The position numbers were made by a program, and so were the translations under genes. From positions 1-56,647 of the IMG/VR virus record IMGVR_UViG_3300025759_014178: a stretch of 56,647 bases of DNA, one strand, 5' to 3'. This stretch comes from a virus (lineage: Duplodnaviria > Caudoviricetes). The notes beneath the pieces are model-generated. The model did no database searches and was not told where the DNA came from. It saw nothing but the letters and a program-made list of their open reading frames with translations. How positions within the stretch are numbered: position 1 is the stretch's first letter; each line of letters begins with the position of its first letter. Positions 37,638 to 46,147 of this stretch are shown here, piece after piece.

Positions 37638-37646
37638 AGGGCATTC

Positions 37647-37671
37647 CTGAGTCGATCTTGATGCTTGTCAA
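37647..37671 (-). promoter_or_regulatory. Putative late promoter TTGAC-N14-ACTCAG (copy 3)
   Basis: TTGAC 37671-37667, ACTCAG 37652-37647, 9 nt to ATG 37637. Confidence 0.7.
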
Positions 37672-37692
37672 GTCTGATCAAGTGAGTGTATC

Positions 37693-38367
37693 GTGATGTT
37701 GATGAAGAATCACAACACTCAACTTTGGAAAAAAGTCCAGACGGCGATAATCGATTCCGGTTTTCCGCTTCCCAAATACGGGGCCGATGGAGAACCTGGG
37801 GAAGAAACAGCAAACGCCATGCTGTTGCTTATTCGGGCGTATTTGGATCGAATCAATTCCGATTCGCCATTAGACGATGCAGCAATGTCATCAAAAATTG
37901 ATGCCAGAACTTCTCTGAACATCGGAACGCTATTGCCAAAAGTTCAGCCTACGTTTTTGCAACTTGCTCTTTTGGGTAAAAAAATTGCAGCGGCGCAAAA
38001 TCTTGATTACCGCATGATTTCTGGGACTAGGTCCTACGAGGAACAGAACAAGCTATACGCCAAGGGTCGCACAACAGCCGGCCCAAAAGTCACAAATGCT
38101 CGAGGTGGATACAGTCGGCACAACTTCGGGATCGCGGGTGACTTCGGGGTGTTCGACAAAGAGGGCCAATACCTGGATTCGGGCAATCCGTCGCTCGCTT
38201 CCCAGATCCACCAAGCGGTGGCCGAAGAGGTGAAGGCCCGAAAGATAAACATCGACTGGGGCGGTGACTGGAAGTCATTTGTTGATGAGCCGCATTTCGA
38301 GTATCGAACCGGCCTTTCAACAAGACAACTTCGAGAGCGAGTTCAAGCAGGAAAGGATATCGTATGA
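37693..38367 (+). CDS. Endolysin, M15 (L-Ala-D-Glu) peptidase with N-terminal peptidoglycan-binding-like segment
   Basis: GTRSYEEQNKLYAKGRT, VTNARGGYSRHNFGIAGD, WGGDW...DEPHFE; DGEPGEET. Confidence 0.92.
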   Translation: MMLMKNHNTQLWKKVQTAIIDSGFPLPKYGADGEPGEETANAMLLLIRAYLDRINSDSPLDDAAMSSKIDARTSLNIGTLLPKVQPTFLQLALLGKKIAAAQNLDYRMISGTRSYEEQNKLYAKGRTTAGPKVTNARGGYSRHNFGIAGDFGVFDKEGQYLDSGNPSLASQIHQAVAEEVKARKINIDWGGDWKSFVDEPHFEYRTGLSTRQLRERVQAGKDIV

Positions 38368-38840
38368 AAGTTCTTTTATTCAGAGGACGCGGTTTTATGT
38401 CTGCGGCGATCCGGTGGCAGTCTCGATCGATATACAGCCACGCTGCGATTCAACTTAGGGATGGATCGATCATTGAGTCATGGCAGGGCGACGGCGTCCG
38501 GCAAAAAATACTAACTGACTGGAAAGGGATCGATGCGTTTGACATCGTGAACGCCCCTGATATCGGGATCGAACTTGACGAAGATGGATGCGAAGAGTTT
38601 TTACGCGCCCAAATCGGGAAAGACTACGACTACTCTTCCGTTTTAAGGTTTGTCTCTCGGCGAAAAGGAGGAAACCCGAACCGGTGGTTTTGTTCTGAAT
38701 TGGTTTTCTCTGCTCTAGGTTACGCTGGCGTTGACTTGTTTGAGCGGTGCGAGCCATGGCGAGTGTCACCCGGCATGTTGGTCTACTCACCGTTTCTTTC
38801 TCGCGCCCAGAGATATGCTGTGTTGCGTCCGCGCTTTTAG
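38364..38840 (+). CDS. Permuted papain-like amidase (YiiX/YebB, peptidase C92)
   Basis: YSHAAI before AQIGKDYD and WFCSELV. Confidence 0.85.
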   Translation: MKVLLFRGRGFMSAAIRWQSRSIYSHAAIQLRDGSIIESWQGDGVRQKILTDWKGIDAFDIVNAPDIGIELDEDGCEEFLRAQIGKDYDYSSVLRFVSRRKGGNPNRWFCSELVFSALGYAGVDLFERCEPWRVSPGMLVYSPFLSRAQRYAVLRPRF

Positions 38841-38870
38841 TAGCTGAATTTTTCAGTGCAGGGATTTAAC

Positions 38871-38903
38871 AAAAAAAAGGGCCTCCTCCGAAGAGAAGAC
38901 CCT
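38871..38903 (-). terminator. Rho-independent terminator
   Basis: Minus strand AGGGTCTTCTC-TTCG-GAGGAGGCCCT followed by a T run; lies between convergent genes. Confidence 0.85.
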
Positions 38904-38948
38904 CAAAATGCCGTAGTAGGCTTTTACTGTTATTTTTGATCGCGGCGG

Positions 38949-39164
38949 TTAATCGTATTCTTTGAAATTCATCGCCTCCTCGTTTTCATCATAGCCGGCA
39001 TAGTAGGCTTCGATTTCCTCTGCGGTCATATCATCCGCATCGACTTTGGGGGAGGTCATTGACCCAACCTCATAGTAATGGGGACTACCATTACGGCCAT
39101 AGTAGGAATCAGCTGCGCCTCTGTCATAAGGGCCGCCGTGTCTTTTGTCGTATTTTTTGCTCAT
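38949..39164 (-). CDS. Small acidic phage protein (start probably 39164)
   Basis: MSKKYDKRHGGPYDRGAADSYYGR...AYYAGY. Confidence 0.7.
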   Translation of the reverse strand: MSKKYDKRHGGPYDRGAADSYYGRNGSPHYYEVGSMTSPKVDADDMTAEEIEAYYAGYDENEEAMNFKEYD

Positions 39165-39196
39165 AGTTATTTCTTGACAAAGCCTTCTTGGGAGAC

Positions 39197-39787
39197 CTAT
39201 CGGTTGATACATTCTTCGGATTCGACGTAGGAGCCCATTTCGGCGAGGACTTGGGCAAACTTGATCGGGCCGCAACTATTGGCCACCTGATCGTTAAAAG
39301 ACTCAACAACACGGCCGTGGCGCTCTTCTAGTCTGGCGCGGTTTTCGGGAGTCCATTTGATCTTGAAAACGTGCCAGCCACCATTGTCGTATTCATGGCC
39401 GTCAAAACGAACCCAAGACTTTCCGGCGACTTGTCGCTTGTCCTTTTGGCGCCTTAGGGTCAACTCAGCCAATTCCGCGAGGAACCAGTACATGTCGGGA
39501 TTAAGGTCGAAGCCGCTTTTGGTGTGAGCGGTCGGAGCAGACGCAATAGCTTTTTGAAGATCGTCAAGAGCCTTAACTGCCTTTGGGTCCTCAACCCCGT
39601 AGGGGGCATCGTCGGTGGCCTTGGTCCTGACCGGACGCCAGTCGACCGGATCGCCATGCCCCCGATTGGAGAGTTCAGCGACAGGTTTGTTGTCGATGTA
39701 GAGTCGGCCCGTAAAAGCCAACGTTTCCTCTGAAAGAGAAAGGGCTGGCTTGAAGGACTTGATTTCGATGGTTGGGTTGTATTTCAT
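39197..39787 (-). CDS. Hypothetical early protein
   Basis: LSEETLAFTGRLYIDNKPVAELSNRGHG; AACCTACT leader. Confidence 0.75.
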   Translation of the reverse strand: MKYNPTIEIKSFKPALSLSEETLAFTGRLYIDNKPVAELSNRGHGDPVDWRPVRTKATDDAPYGVEDPKAVKALDDLQKAIASAPTAHTKSGFDLNPDMYWFLAELAELTLRRQKDKRQVAGKSWVRFDGHEYDNGGWHVFKIKWTPENRARLEERHGRVVESFNDQVANSCGPIKFAQVLAEMGSYVESEECINR

Positions 39788-39830
39788 AATGATAAGTAGG
39801 TTGGGTTTGGAAATATTGGTAAAAGTGGTT

Positions 39831-39857
39831 GGGGCGCCCCCGTGGATGAGGCGCCCC
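39831..39857. other. GC-rich intergenic hairpin
   Basis: ggggcgcc...ggcgcccc inverted repeat without a U-tract. Confidence 0.5.
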
Positions 39858-39865
39858 TTGTGCGG

Positions 39866-40168
39866 TTAGGCGGTCAGGCCGTTTTCCCCGATCACGATTG
39901 GCTCCTCAATCGAGCGTTTGCGAACCACGACGCGGTCATGCGCGGGACGAACGTGGGCGGGAACCGAGACTTCGTCACGATGATCGACCACGACTTCCCT
40001 GCCTTCGGACGGGAGAGTTACAATTCCGCCGGAACCAAGCAGCCCCTTGAGGGTTGCCTGTTGGCGCTTGATCTTGGACTCAAGCTCGCGCTGGGCAGCT
40101 TTGAGTTCAAGTAGACGACGCGCACGAGCGCGGATGGACTGAATTTCTGAACGACTGAGGTTTGACAT
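39866..40168 (-). CDS. Hypothetical early protein
   Basis: Coiled-coil N-terminus; AACCTACT leader; first gene after a sigma70-like promoter. Confidence 0.7.
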   Translation of the reverse strand: MSNLSRSEIQSIRARARRLLELKAAQRELESKIKRQQATLKGLLGSGGIVTLPSEGREVVVDHRDEVSVPAHVRPAHDRVVVRKRSIEEPIVIGENGLTA

Positions 40169-40213
40169 ATTAGGTAGTAGGTTTGGGTTAAAGCAATGTT
40201 TGCTTTGCGGTGT

Positions 40214-40242
40214 ATTAAAACACGACTGCGTGTAATCGTCAA
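40214..40242 (-). promoter_or_regulatory. Sigma70-like (early) promoter
   Basis: TTGACG-N17-TTTAAT upstream of ATG 40168. Confidence 0.6.
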
Positions 40243-40290
40243 CATCAAATGATGATTTTTTTCATTTTTAGTCCACACTGCTTTGTGCTT

Positions 40291-40626
40291 ATGCTCTTGC
40301 CAGATCCATTTTCGGATTTAATCGGATCCTCCGATGTCGCAGAGTTGTGCGAAATTATGATTGTGGAACACGTTGAGCAGTTGTATGGCCGAATGATAAC
40401 CAGGTCTGAGTTTTGGGAAGGTTTCGATTGGAAACTCGACAAGGAATACAATGATGTTCATCGGCCTCGACGCGGCAGGGCTTGGTTTTTTTGGAAAAGT
40501 GAACCAATTGTAAGATTGGAGTATGAGCTTGAGCCAGCCATTGGAAGTGAAGGGTTTGAGTTTTCGGCTTGCCGGCCTTCGGCAAACAGAACAAAATATC
40601 ATGCCAGCAAAAAAAACACCATCTAG
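40291..40626 (+). CDS. Hypothetical protein
   Basis: Best ORF filling the gap; ATG 40291; 26-nt overlap with the next gene. Confidence 0.4.
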   Translation: MLLPDPFSDLIGSSDVAELCEIMIVEHVEQLYGRMITRSEFWEGFDWKLDKEYNDVHRPRRGRAWFFWKSEPIVRLEYELEPAIGSEGFEFSACRPSANRTKYHASKKNTI

Positions 40627-40999
40627 CAAGAACACATCAGTTGCAAAAGCGAAACTTGAAGCTAACAAGGCACAGGCCCTCGCCAGAATGTCTATGCTGG
40701 AGCTTTTAGAGAGCGCCGTCGATAACCGAGGCATTCCTCTTAACGACAAAGTGGTAACCGTCCTGGTTGATGCAATGGAAGCGGAAAAGGAAGACGGGCA
40801 GCCCGATCACGCAATCCGTCTGCGAAGCGCTGAACAATTCATGAACCGCACTTTGGGTTTGCCGGTTAAGAGAGAAGAAAAGATCCACCGCACGGTTACA
40901 ACTGATGACGATGTGCAAGAATTACTCAATACGTCGGAAGCATTTCGCGAAACCGTGGAAAAAATGCTTGATAAGGCGAAAACTGTTGCTGATGTTTAG
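40601..40999 (+). CDS. Putative terminase small subunit-like protein
   Basis: Helical; PDHAIRLRSAEQFMNRTLGLPVKREE resembles TerS-like C-termini; ATG 40601. Confidence 0.5.
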   Translation: MPAKKTPSSKNTSVAKAKLEANKAQALARMSMLELLESAVDNRGIPLNDKVVTVLVDAMEAEKEDGQPDHAIRLRSAEQFMNRTLGLPVKREEKIHRTVTTDDDVQELLNTSEAFRETVEKMLDKAKTVADV

Positions 41000-41040
41000 T
41001 CGGCTAGGGACGCCGCTGGATTAAAGCAACCATATTAGGC

Positions 41041-41061
41041 GTGACAGCCGGAGAGACGGCA
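41041..41061 (+). promoter_or_regulatory. GTGACA-GCCG-GAGAGA-CGGC-A hairpin element (copy 1)
   Basis: 20/21 identical to 43134-43154. Confidence 0.7.
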
Positions 41062-41078
41062 TAAACCTACTCACCAAT

Positions 41079-42401
41079 ATGTCATGGCACTACAACAAGA
41101 ATCTCCTCGAGAGCTCGCTCTCTTCGCAGGAGCAGGAGGGGGGCTCCTCGCCTCAGAACTCTACCTTAACTGGCGAACCGTCTGCGCGGTCGAATACGAG
41201 CCTTACCGGATCGAACGACTCCTCCAAAGGCAAGAAGAACAGCACCTCTGCCCGTTCCCGATCTGGGACGACGTCACGACATTCGACGGGAGACCATGGC
41301 GTGGACAAGTGGATATTATTTCTGGTGGATTCCCGTGTCAAGACGTCAGCATCAGTGGCACCGGTGATGGACTCCGAGGATCCCGATCGGGTCTCTGGGA
41401 TCACATGGCAAGGATTATCGATGAAGTTCGACCCGGAAACGTTTGGATTGAAAACTCACCACAGCTTATTCGAAGAGGCCTTGGACGAATACTCTGTGAT
41501 CTTGCCGCCGTGGGGTATGATGCTACGTGGGGAGTTGTTTCAGCGCGAGACGCCGGAGCCCCACACCTTCGCAAAAGAGCATGGGTCCTTGGGTGGCTGG
41601 GCGACCCCGAAGAAAAGAGACTGGAAGGATACAGCCGGAACCTCAAAGACCGGTGTGAATCCTGATGGCTCGGTAAGAGACCGTATGGATAGACTCGCCA
41701 TGCAGGTATTTCATGGCGACCCGTGGCCCATCCCCACAAAGGCCGAAGGGGAGAAAATCCCGAACCGGCCCAACTTCGGCAAGGTCGGGCTCTCGAATAA
41801 CCCTCGCATTGTGGGGGAGCCTGACCGACCCAAAGGCCGGAAGGGGCAGTCGCTCGACTCGATCAAGAATATTCCGACTCCAACCAAGGGAGACGCGAAA
41901 TCCTCGGGGAGTCGCAACACCCCTGACTCGAAAGCCAACGCGGGAGTGAGTTTGACCGATTTTATCAAAGGCGATGGTGGGACCGGCCGCAGTGAACGTT
42001 ACGAGGCTGAATTTGTCGGTGAATTTTTCCCGACCCCGACCAAGGACGCCGCCAACGAGCGGAACGCCCCCTACAAGCAGGGAGGAACCTCGCTGTCGAC
42101 GGCGGTCAAACCCAAGGATGAATCCGTTGACAAACCAGGTCAGTTGAATCCCGATTGGGTTGAGTGGCTTATGGGATGGCCGGTCGGGTGGACCTCACGC
42201 GACCCCCTCGCGGACATGACCCCGCTTCCATGGGGTAAGGATCCCGGCGACACCGGTGAGGTCCCGAGGACCGCCCGTGACATCAGGGACAGGGTGAAGA
42301 GAATTGAGGCCATCGGTGATGGTCAAGTACCAGCGGCCGTCGCTCTCGCGGTTAGCTTGCTCAACAAAGCTAGAGAGAATATTGAAAAAATTCAGCAATG
42401 A
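41079..42401 (+). CDS. C5 DNA methyltransferase, C-terminal part (PTP-type repeats, motifs IX-X)
   Basis: WATPKKRDWKD, IPTPTKGD, FPTPTKD repeats; LNPDWVEWLMGWPVGWT; RIEAIGDGQVP. Confidence 0.8.
   Translation: MSWHYNKNLLESSLSSQEQEGGSSPQNSTLTGEPSARSNTSLTGSNDSSKGKKNSTSARSRSGTTSRHSTGDHGVDKWILFLVDSRVKTSASVAPVMDSEDPDRVSGITWQGLSMKFDPETFGLKTHHSLFEEALDEYSVILPPWGMMLRGELFQRETPEPHTFAKEHGSLGGWATPKKRDWKDTAGTSKTGVNPDGSVRDRMDRLAMQVFHGDPWPIPTKAEGEKIPNRPNFGKVGLSNNPRIVGEPDRPKGRKGQSLDSIKNIPTPTKGDAKSSGSRNTPDSKANAGVSLTDFIKGDGGTGRSERYEAEFVGEFFPTPTKDAANERNAPYKQGGTSLSTAVKPKDESVDKPGQLNPDWVEWLMGWPVGWTSRDPLADMTPLPWGKDPGDTGEVPRTARDIRDRVKRIEAIGDGQVPAAVALAVSLLNKARENIEKIQQ
41084..41665 (+). CDS. C5 DNA methyltransferase, N-terminal catalytic part (motifs I-VIII), nested in another frame of 41079-42401
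   Basis: ELALFAGAGG, GGFPCQD, WIENS, GAPHLRKR. Confidence 0.88.
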   Translation: MALQQESPRELALFAGAGGGLLASELYLNWRTVCAVEYEPYRIERLLQRQEEQHLCPFPIWDDVTTFDGRPWRGQVDIISGGFPCQDVSISGTGDGLRGSRSGLWDHMARIIDEVRPGNVWIENSPQLIRRGLGRILCDLAAVGYDATWGVVSARDAGAPHLRKRAWVLGWLGDPEEKRLEGYSRNLKDRCES

Positions 42402-42952
42402 ACAAAGAACAAAAACTCGACGATCAAAAGGTGTCTGAAAAAACCAAATGCCTTATGGAGTTGGTGTCTCTAAACAAAGATATCAACAAGGCGCTTAACG
42501 CCGTTCGCTCCATGAGCAAATCAGAATACATCAAGGCGGAAAAACAAGCTGTTGATCGATATGGCCCAGACCTGCTCCACGCAGTAATTAAAAGCGAAAA
42601 CGAGAAAATTTTGGTTTTCAGCGTTGCAGACAAACACGATTGGCCAAGGCCGCCTCGTAAACTTGCAGGTCGTGATCCATGGGATATTTGTAAAACGGAA
42701 GAAGTTCAAAAAGATAAAAAGACTTGGTTGACCGATTGGGAAGAATCTCGAACGGAGCAGATCAATTGTGAAGAGCCGCCGAGCGGACAGGATACATCTT
42801 CGGCAATCAAAAAACCTAGCGAATCCATTTCCGATTCATTACAAAAGCTGGAGGAGCGCACTCAGAAATTGACGGACGCCCTGGAAGAAAAATCTGACGC
42901 AATAGTCGATGTAATTGAAGACGTTCTTCAGTTCTTAAACAAAAAATCTTGA
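42398..42952 (+). CDS. Hypothetical protein
   Basis: ATGA coupling; Lys/Glu-rich ORF. Confidence 0.7.
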   Translation: MNKEQKLDDQKVSEKTKCLMELVSLNKDINKALNAVRSMSKSEYIKAEKQAVDRYGPDLLHAVIKSENEKILVFSVADKHDWPRPPRKLAGRDPWDICKTEEVQKDKKTWLTDWEESRTEQINCEEPPSGQDTSSAIKKPSESISDSLQKLEERTQKLTDALEEKSDAIVDVIEDVLQFLNKKS

Positions 42953-43137
42953 ACATTAGACCCGAGCATTTGCCAGTCGTTAGGGCGGCCGACCAAGATG
43001 GCTACGATGGAGGTTACGTTGCCCTTCACCGCCAATGGTCTGCGTATGGGAGCACTCGTGATGAAGCTCGCCGCCGACTGTCCCGCAAGCTCAAGAAAAT
43101 TGCATTAAATGATCAGACGACAGGAAAAGACCTGTGA
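42949..43137 (+). CDS. Small hypothetical protein (weak HicB-like pattern)
   Basis: TTG start overlapping the upstream stop; GGYVA...AYGSTRDEA. Confidence 0.4.
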   Translation: MNIRPEHLPVVRAADQDGYDGGYVALHRQWSAYGSTRDEARRRLSRKLKKIALNDQTTGKDL

Positions 43138-43154
43138 CAGCCGGAAAGACGGCA
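43134..43154 (+). promoter_or_regulatory. GTGACA-GCCG-GAAAGA-CGGC-A hairpin element (copy 2)
   Basis: Repeat of 41041-41061, upstream of ssb. Confidence 0.7.
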
Positions 43155-43177
43155 CGTAATCCAAAAATGAAATCAAC

Positions 43178-43633
43178 ATGCCAAATCTAAACAAAGTAAT
43201 GTTAATAGGAAATTTGACTCGAGACCCTGAAGTGCGATATACGCCCAAGGGAACCGGCGTCACCGACATCAGTCTAGCGGTAAACCGAACCTGGTCTTCC
43301 GAAGACGGCCAGAAACAAGAAGAAACAACGTTCGTTGATATTACATTTTTCGGCAAGACCGCAGAGATTATTGACCGATACTGCTCAAAAGGAAAACCTG
43401 TCTACGTAGAGGGGCGCCTCAAACTCGACACCTGGGAAGACAAAAACACCGGCCAAAACCGATCCAAGATGAAAGTGGTGGGTGAGCAGATCCAATTTTT
43501 GAGTTCTCGGTCAGCCGATGATGCTACGTCAAGCCGTGCAGACAACACAAATTACGATCGAGCTCAGGCACAAGCTAATCAAGGAGGCCAAGGAAAACCG
43601 TTACCGTCAAACGGCGATGACCTTCCTATGTAA
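43178..43633 (+). CDS. ssb: Single-stranded DNA-binding protein
   Basis: LNKVMLIGNLTRDPEVRYT...KGKPVYVEGRL; acidic tail DDLPM. Confidence 0.96.
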   Translation: MPNLNKVMLIGNLTRDPEVRYTPKGTGVTDISLAVNRTWSSEDGQKQEETTFVDITFFGKTAEIIDRYCSKGKPVYVEGRLKLDTWEDKNTGQNRSKMKVVGEQIQFLSSRSADDATSSRADNTNYDRAQAQANQGGQGKPLPSNGDDLPM

Positions 43634-43655
43634 TAAACACGTAAAAAATTATCGA

Positions 43656-43874
43656 ATGACAGAAGAATCCATTCAAAATCAAATCTGCGACCTTTGGAAA
43701 CAGATTGATGAAGCTCGTCAAGAGCAGAATTTAACCCAAGGGCAATTGTCAAAAAAGGCGGGGATTTACCAGACCATCTACAGCGACATTAAGATGGGAG
43801 TTAGGCCGCTTAACCTGAAAAGGGCTATTGCCTTAGCTGATGCTTTAGGGCTCAAAATCCAAATTGCAAAGTAG
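43656..43874 (+). CDS. XRE/Cro-like HTH regulator
   Basis: ARQEQNLTQGQLSKKAGIYQTIYSDIKMG...LADALG; ATG 43656. Confidence 0.85.
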   Translation: MTEESIQNQICDLWKQIDEARQEQNLTQGQLSKKAGIYQTIYSDIKMGVRPLNLKRAIALADALGLKIQIAK

Positions 43875-43896
43875 AAAAAAATTCAAAGAAATCTTT

Positions 43897-43946
43897 CGAA
43901 GCTTGGGTTCGATTTCGCAGTGTGCGAAGTCGGATTTCAAGCTTCG
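43897..43946 (+). other. Long intergenic RNA hairpin
   Basis: cgaagcttg-ggttcga-tttcgca-gtg-tgcgaag-tcggatt-t-caagcttcg, including G-U pairs. Confidence 0.6.
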
Positions 43947-44086
43947 TTCATTTATACTCGTTTTGTTTTGCCGCGCTTGCAGATAAACTTGAGTTGCCAA
44001 AACCCTACTAAATTAGTCAAGAATTGCTAAAAAAGTCACATCTTGTGAAGATCGAAGACATCTGTTAGGTTACGCAAAAGTCGATC

Positions 44087-44320
44087 ATGAAAAAACAGGA
44101 CATCACAAAACTTGCTAAAAATTCTAAGCGAGAAATGATTAAGAAAATTGCTTTAGGGCTTAAACAAGGGGAAGGCATAGCAATATCGGACGTAGCATCC
44201 GAAATCAAAACCTCTACAACCACCATCAATAGGCACGCAAAGATTCTTGGCGCAATTGCAATATTCTATCCCGGAGCAGTCAAAACCGCCTATTTGGTAA
44301 ACCCAAAATACAATAAATGA
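44087..44320 (+). CDS. Small HTH-like protein
   Basis: ISDVASEIKTSTTTINRHA. Confidence 0.6.
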   Translation: MKKQDITKLAKNSKREMIKKIALGLKQGEGIAISDVASEIKTSTTTINRHAKILGAIAIFYPGAVKTAYLVNPKYNK

Positions 44321-45324
44321 AAGCTACCAAAACTTCGGGGCTTCCTGAACAAGAACCTTCTGCGGATCAAAAAAGAATTGTTAAGCTTTTGGAAGACAAC
44401 AAGAAGTTGCGTGGTGAACTGACTTTAAAAAATCGCCAATGCGAGGAATTAGAAAAAACCCTTTTCAACGCTCGAAAGGCAAAGAGAGGAACGATACCTA
44501 AAACGTCTACGAGAAAACGAAAAAAAGACGATTGGGTGCGTGTTATTATCACCGACACGCACGGGAGCAAAGTCGATCCAGCAGCTTTTGCGGCCGTAAT
44601 GGGCGACATCAAAAAGCTGGATCCGGATGAAATCATTCACTTAGGTGACTCAATTGATTGCGGAGGATTTCTGGCCGAACACCACACGCTCGGTTTTGTC
44701 GCCGAGACGGAATACACTTACGAAGACGACGTGCTAAAAGCTAACGAGCAGTTTGACGAAATTCAACGTATCGCACCTCGAGCTAAGTTTCATTTAATTG
44801 AGGGAAACCACGAGCGGCGAGTTGAATCATATTGCGTTACAAAAGCGTTGCGAAATGGCACAGACGCTGAATACCTTCGTCGCCTCATTAGCCCCCACAC
44901 TCTTTTGCAGATCAAAGAAAGAGGCATCAATTATTATCGCGAGGGAGAAATGCACCGAGGCGCGACCATACCAGGTTGGCTACGCCTTGGAAAGTGCTGG
45001 TTTGTGCATGGTATCAGCACGGCTAAGCACGCGGCGGCAGTTCATTTAGCAAAAGCCGGAGGCAATATTGTTTACGGCCACACGCACCGCATTGATTCCG
45101 CTCACGATGAACTTACGAATGTAGGAACAGTAGCCGCTTGGAATCCTGGGTGCCTTTGCACCAAACAGCCGCTCTGGAGACACAGCAGTCCTACCGGCTG
45201 GGGAACAGGTTACGCCGTGCAGATTGTTGCCAAGTCCGGCGAATTTTTGCATTTAAATGTCCCAATTATTGACGGCAAAAGTCTGCTGATGCCCCTTTTT
45301 CATACAGCTAGTTCTGGCAAATAA
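44317..45324 (+). CDS. Calcineurin-like metallophosphoesterase with N-terminal coiled coil
   Basis: DTH, LGDSID, GNHE, HG, GHTHR. Confidence 0.9.
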   Translation: MKATKTSGLPEQEPSADQKRIVKLLEDNKKLRGELTLKNRQCEELEKTLFNARKAKRGTIPKTSTRKRKKDDWVRVIITDTHGSKVDPAAFAAVMGDIKKLDPDEIIHLGDSIDCGGFLAEHHTLGFVAETEYTYEDDVLKANEQFDEIQRIAPRAKFHLIEGNHERRVESYCVTKALRNGTDAEYLRRLISPHTLLQIKERGINYYREGEMHRGATIPGWLRLGKCWFVHGISTAKHAAAVHLAKAGGNIVYGHTHRIDSAHDELTNVGTVAAWNPGCLCTKQPLWRHSSPTGWGTGYAVQIVAKSGEFLHLNVPIIDGKSLLMPLFHTASSGK

Positions 45325-45364
45325 CTTGCGTGACAAGCGTTTGAAAAGTGCATACGATCTCGCG

Positions 45365-45829
45365 ATGACGAGATCAATTGCCCTGATTTTTTGTTTTTTT
45401 GCAGAGAGTGCTTTTTCGGAAAACCAACCATCATTTTTTTCTTTTTTCGCAACCAGAGATTTATCAGCGAAGATGGTGCAACAAGCCAAGCTGTGGAACA
45501 ACCGGCACTATCGTAAAGGCGCATCATGCCAGTGCGCCAATTTTATTGGCGAGGTAGTCACTTCTTCTGGTGGAAGTAAACCAAAAGCTTCATCTCTGGC
45601 TCGTAGCTGGCTCGAGTGGGGGAATCGAGTTTCAATTGCAAAAAATGCAATAAAACCAGGTGACGTCATCGTAACATGGCGGGGCTCCAAAAATGGCAAC
45701 AGCGGTCATATCTTGATTTACATCGGTGACGGGCAATGTATTCACCGCCCGACAAGATCAAAACCCGTGCAAGTAACAGAATTGTCAATTTACCGATCGA
45801 AAATACTTGGAGTCAGAAGAGGATCCTGA
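45365..45829 (+). CDS. Secreted NlpC/P60/CHAP-like peptidase (start probably 45365)
   Basis: Signal-peptide-like MTRSIALIFCFFAESAFS; QCANF, ARSWLEWG, PGDVIV, GHILIY. Confidence 0.8.
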   Translation: MTRSIALIFCFFAESAFSENQPSFFSFFATRDLSAKMVQQAKLWNNRHYRKGASCQCANFIGEVVTSSGGSKPKASSLARSWLEWGNRVSIAKNAIKPGDVIVTWRGSKNGNSGHILIYIGDGQCIHRPTRSKPVQVTELSIYRSKILGVRRGS

Positions 45830-45844
45830 GATTTTGATTCCTAT

Positions 45845-46147
45845 TTAATTGATCTCGTTTACCCACTCCGCAACGAGAATCAAACTCTGGTAACGGCCAC
45901 CTGGTCGTTTTCGAAGAATGCCCTTCAGGCGTCCACAAATTACTACGCGCTGGCCTTTTTGCCAGTCGGAGCAAAGCTCTCCAATAGTGTCCCAGCAATC
46001 GACTGAAACGTAAGTAGCGTGTTCCTCCTCATCTCGGTTCACAGCCACCTTGAGTTCAGTAACCGATCGCCCAGAAGGCGTAGTTTTGAAAATAGCATTT
46101 TCGGTCAGATAACCAGTTATCGTAACGTCATTTCGGTCGTGGGCCAT
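45845..46147 (-). CDS. Second, short SSB-like OB-fold protein lacking an acidic tail
   Basis: NDVTITGYL, VAVNR, CW, KGQRVVICGRL. Confidence 0.8.
   Translation of the reverse strand: MAHDRNDVTITGYLTENAIFKTTPSGRSVTELKVAVNRDEEEHATYVSVDCWDTIGELCSDWQKGQRVVICGRLKGILRKRPGGRYQSLILVAEWVNEIN

Noticed and set aside
42949-43137. HicB-like antitoxin / toxin-antitoxin pair
   Set aside because: Similarity limited to a few residues and no HicA-like neighbour
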